Assembly: GCA_947444055.1 (NCBI GenBank) | Contig: CANEYR010000014.1 | Coordinates: forward strand, 1,738 to 65,737 | Reading direction: 5' to 3' | DNA length: 64,000 bases | Origin: Planctomycetota bacterium | GTDB lineage: Bacteria > Planctomycetota > UBA1135 > UBA2386 | Position numbers and translations under genes: made by a program | Shown: one piece after another, positions 62,254 through 64,000 of the stretch | Position numbering within the stretch: position 1 is the stretch's first letter | Layout: each line of letters begins with the position of its first letter | Notes under the pieces: generated by a model | What the model was told of the DNA's origin: nothing | The model's input: the letters and a program-made list of their open reading frames with translations, nothing else | Databases searched by the model: none

Positions 62254-63671
62254 ACGACCACCCTGGAGCGCAGCGGCCGCTTGCCCAGCTCGTAGAGACG
62301 GATCTTGTTGTAGAGCGTCGTGCGGTTGATCCCGAGGATCGCCGCCGCCCGACTGATGTTCCATTGCGTGTCGTCGAGCACCTTCGACACCAGTTGCGAC
62401 TCCAGCGAACGGATCGAGCGATCGTTGCCATCGAGTACCAGCGCCGTGCGATCGATCTCGTCACTGCCGTCCGGTGCGCCGCCGGTGAACTTCGGCAGGT
62501 GGATCTCGTCGATCATGCCGCTTGGACAAACGATGCAGGCGTGTTCGACGGCGTTGCGCAGCTCGCGCACGTTGCCAGGCCAGCCGTATTCGCACAGCGT
62601 CTCCATCGACTCCTCGGTGAAGCCGGAGAGAGCCTTGCCCATCTGGCGGCCGATCTGATCGAGGAAGAAGTGCGACAGCAGGGGGATGTCGGCGGCGCGT
62701 TCGCGCAGCGGCGGCACGTGCACCGTCATCACGTTGAGGCGATAGAACAGGTCTTCGCGGAAGCCGCCCGTCTGCACCATCTGGCGCAGATCGCGGTTGG
62801 TGCTGGTGACGATGCGGACGTCGGCCGGCACGTCCTGGACACCGCCGACGCGCCGGAAGGTGCGCTCTTGCAGCACACGCAACAGCTTTGCCTGCAGGGT
62901 CGGCTCCATCTCGCCGATCTCATCGAGGAACAGCGTGCCGCCTGACGCCACCGCGAACAGGCCGTCCTTGCCTTCACGCGAAGCGCCGGTGAAGGCACCC
63001 GGCTCGTAGCCAAACAGTTCGGCCTCGAGCAGGGCTTCGGTCAGCGCCGCACAGTTGATCGCGACGAACGGGCCATGCCGCCGGGAGCTGCGCTCGTGGA
63101 TGCAGCGGGCGACCAGCTCCTTGCCAGTGCCGCTCTGGCCAGTGATGAGCACCGTGGTGTCTGGCGCGTGCGCGACTTGGTCGATGCGCGTTTGCACTTC
63201 GCGGATTGCCGGCGACAGACCAACCAGTTCGGTCGACGTCAACTCGCGCACGCGGTCCTGCAGCCACGTCAGCTCGTTCTTGAGCTGCCGTGTCTCCAGC
63301 ACGCGCCGCACGATCGCCAGGATGCGGTCACCGGAGAACGGCTTCTCGATGACATCGGCAGCACCCTTGCGCATCGCCTCGACGGTGTTGGCGACGGTGC
63401 CGTAGCCGGTCAGGATCAGGATGTCGGCCGGCGGGGTGCCGCGACGGAAGCGCGCCAGCATCGACAGGCCGTCGGCACCGGGCAGATTGAGGTCGAGGAA
63501 GACGATGTCGAAGGCGCGGCTCTCAATGCGCCGCACACCTTCTTCGGCAGAGCCAGCACTTTCGACGTGCAGGCCCTCACGTTGCAGGATGGTGCGCAAG
63601 CCTTCGCGCACGCCGTCTTCGTCGTCAACAATCAAGACGCGGGGGAGTCCGGGGAAGCTGAGGTTCTTCAT
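62250..63671 (-). CDS. Sigma54-dependent response regulator (NtrC/FleR-like, 473 aa)
   Basis: VLIVDDEDG...IVFLDLNLPGADG (REC), GQSGTGKE and GAFTGA (AAA+), and a C-terminal WNISRAAAILGINRTTLYNKI (HTH). Confidence 0.95.
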   Translation of the reverse strand: MKNLSFPGLPRVLIVDDEDGVREGLRTILQREGLHVESAGSAEEGVRRIESRAFDIVFLDLNLPGADGLSMLARFRRGTPPADILILTGYGTVANTVEAMRKGAADVIEKPFSGDRILAIVRRVLETRQLKNELTWLQDRVRELTSTELVGLSPAIREVQTRIDQVAHAPDTTVLITGQSGTGKELVARCIHERSSRRHGPFVAINCAALTEALLEAELFGYEPGAFTGASREGKDGLFAVASGGTLFLDEIGEMEPTLQAKLLRVLQERTFRRVGGVQDVPADVRIVTSTNRDLRQMVQTGGFREDLFYRLNVMTVHVPPLRERAADIPLLSHFFLDQIGRQMGKALSGFTEESMETLCEYGWPGNVRELRNAVEHACIVCPSGMIDEIHLPKFTGGAPDGSDEIDRTALVLDGNDRSIRSLESQLVSKVLDDTQWNISRAAAILGINRTTLYNKIRLYELGKRPLRSRVVV

Positions 63672-63903
63672 GTGCCGACCTTGTGTGCGGTTTCGCGGCA
63701 GCCTCGGGAGGGAGCTGCCGCGAGCGGTGGATCACGTTGCCATGGGGCTTTTCGGCACTTCTCGCCGTTGACCTTTTGGTCAGTTGCCAAAAAAAGCAGC
63801 GGATTGGCCGCGCGCGGGCCACCGTGACTCAAGGATGCGACAGTCCAGCCGGAGAATGACCCAACAGCAACGCCGCCCAGGCGAGCATCAACTTCGGAGA
63901 ATC

Positions 63904-64000
63904 ATGGGTCTACGAGTCAACACCAACGTCACCTCCATCAACGCGCAGCGGAACCTGTCGACGGTCACCGAGCGCCTGAGTGGGAACTTCCGCAAGCTGT
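63904..64000 (+). CDS. fliC: Flagellin, N-terminal 32 codons (continues beyond the window end)
   Basis: MGLRVNTNVTSINAQRNLSTVTERLSGNFRKL is the conserved flagellin N-terminus. A GGAGA Shine-Dalgarno lies 5-9 nt upstream. Confidence 0.9.
   Translation, partial: MGLRVNTNVTSINAQRNLSTVTERLSGNFRKL

Noticed and set aside
63700-63900. Sigma54 (-24/-12) or sigma28 promoter upstream of flagellin
   Set aside because: The candidate GG/GC pairs (GGCACTTCTCGCC, TGGTCAGTTGCC) have the wrong spacing for GG-N10-GC. I saw no TAAA-N15-GCCGATAA-like element, so I cannot support a promoter call.

Overview
This is a 64-kb window from a very GC-rich bacterial chromosome (roughly two-thirds G+C by eye, not computed). 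At this GC content the six-frame track is full of long Arg/Ala/Pro-rich antisense ORFs. I accepted an ORF only when its translation showed recognisable family motifs, a signal peptide or TM segment, or tight operon geometry. I support about 60 genes and found no rRNA, tRNA or CRISPR array.

Layout by region:
- 1-7.7 kb: a rearranged accessory patch. It holds two non-contiguous IS91-family transposase fragments, a truncated copA, two YHS metal-binding proteins, an aminotransferase-IV fragment and an NhaP-type antiporter. The antiporter is bracketed by a 303-bp direct repeat.
- 7.8-11.5 kb: a Ser/Thr kinase translationally coupled to an ECF sigma factor.
- 12.6-21.4 kb: an exopolysaccharide locus with GT2s, a deacetylase-GT2 fusion, a PCP/Wzz-like protein and a degenerate BY-kinase. 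One opposite-strand gene in it is flanked by perfect 32-bp repeats.
- 21.4-35 kb: TerB-like and CDGSH proteins, sbcCD, a beta-lactamase-like lipoprotein, a sulfatase, an epimerase, rpmG and several secreted unknowns.
- 35.3-38.1 kb: an SDR / enoyl-CoA hydratase / acyl-CoA dehydrogenase operon.
- 38.1-45.3 kb: motAB, two GT2s and a CapK/PaaK-like ligase.
- 45.4-50 kb: an AbiEii-type toxin pair, a thioesterase, a pilin-like protein, cytochrome c peroxidase, and a truncated sulfatase abutting an Rpn/YhgA-like nuclease.
- 50.1-52.4 kb: an ECF sigma factor fused to a TM segment and a large extracytoplasmic domain.
- 53.7-63.7 kb: nine minus-strand genes linked by eight consecutive 4-nt overlaps, diverging from a flagellin gene at the window end.

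Most interesting to me:
1. The overlap-chained nine-gene signalling operon.
2. A roughly 110-135-aa Cys-containing C-terminal module that recurs in five secreted proteins, including the sulfatase.
3. The Rpn-like nuclease with a possible intragenic C-terminal product.
4. The IS91-associated mosaic and its repeats.

All homology statements are from reading the translations; no database search was run. Taxonomy cannot be assigned from the sequence alone. The gene content (sulfatases, kinase-linked ECF sigma factors, many secreted unknowns) is reminiscent of Planctomycetota-like or similar high-GC environmental lineages.
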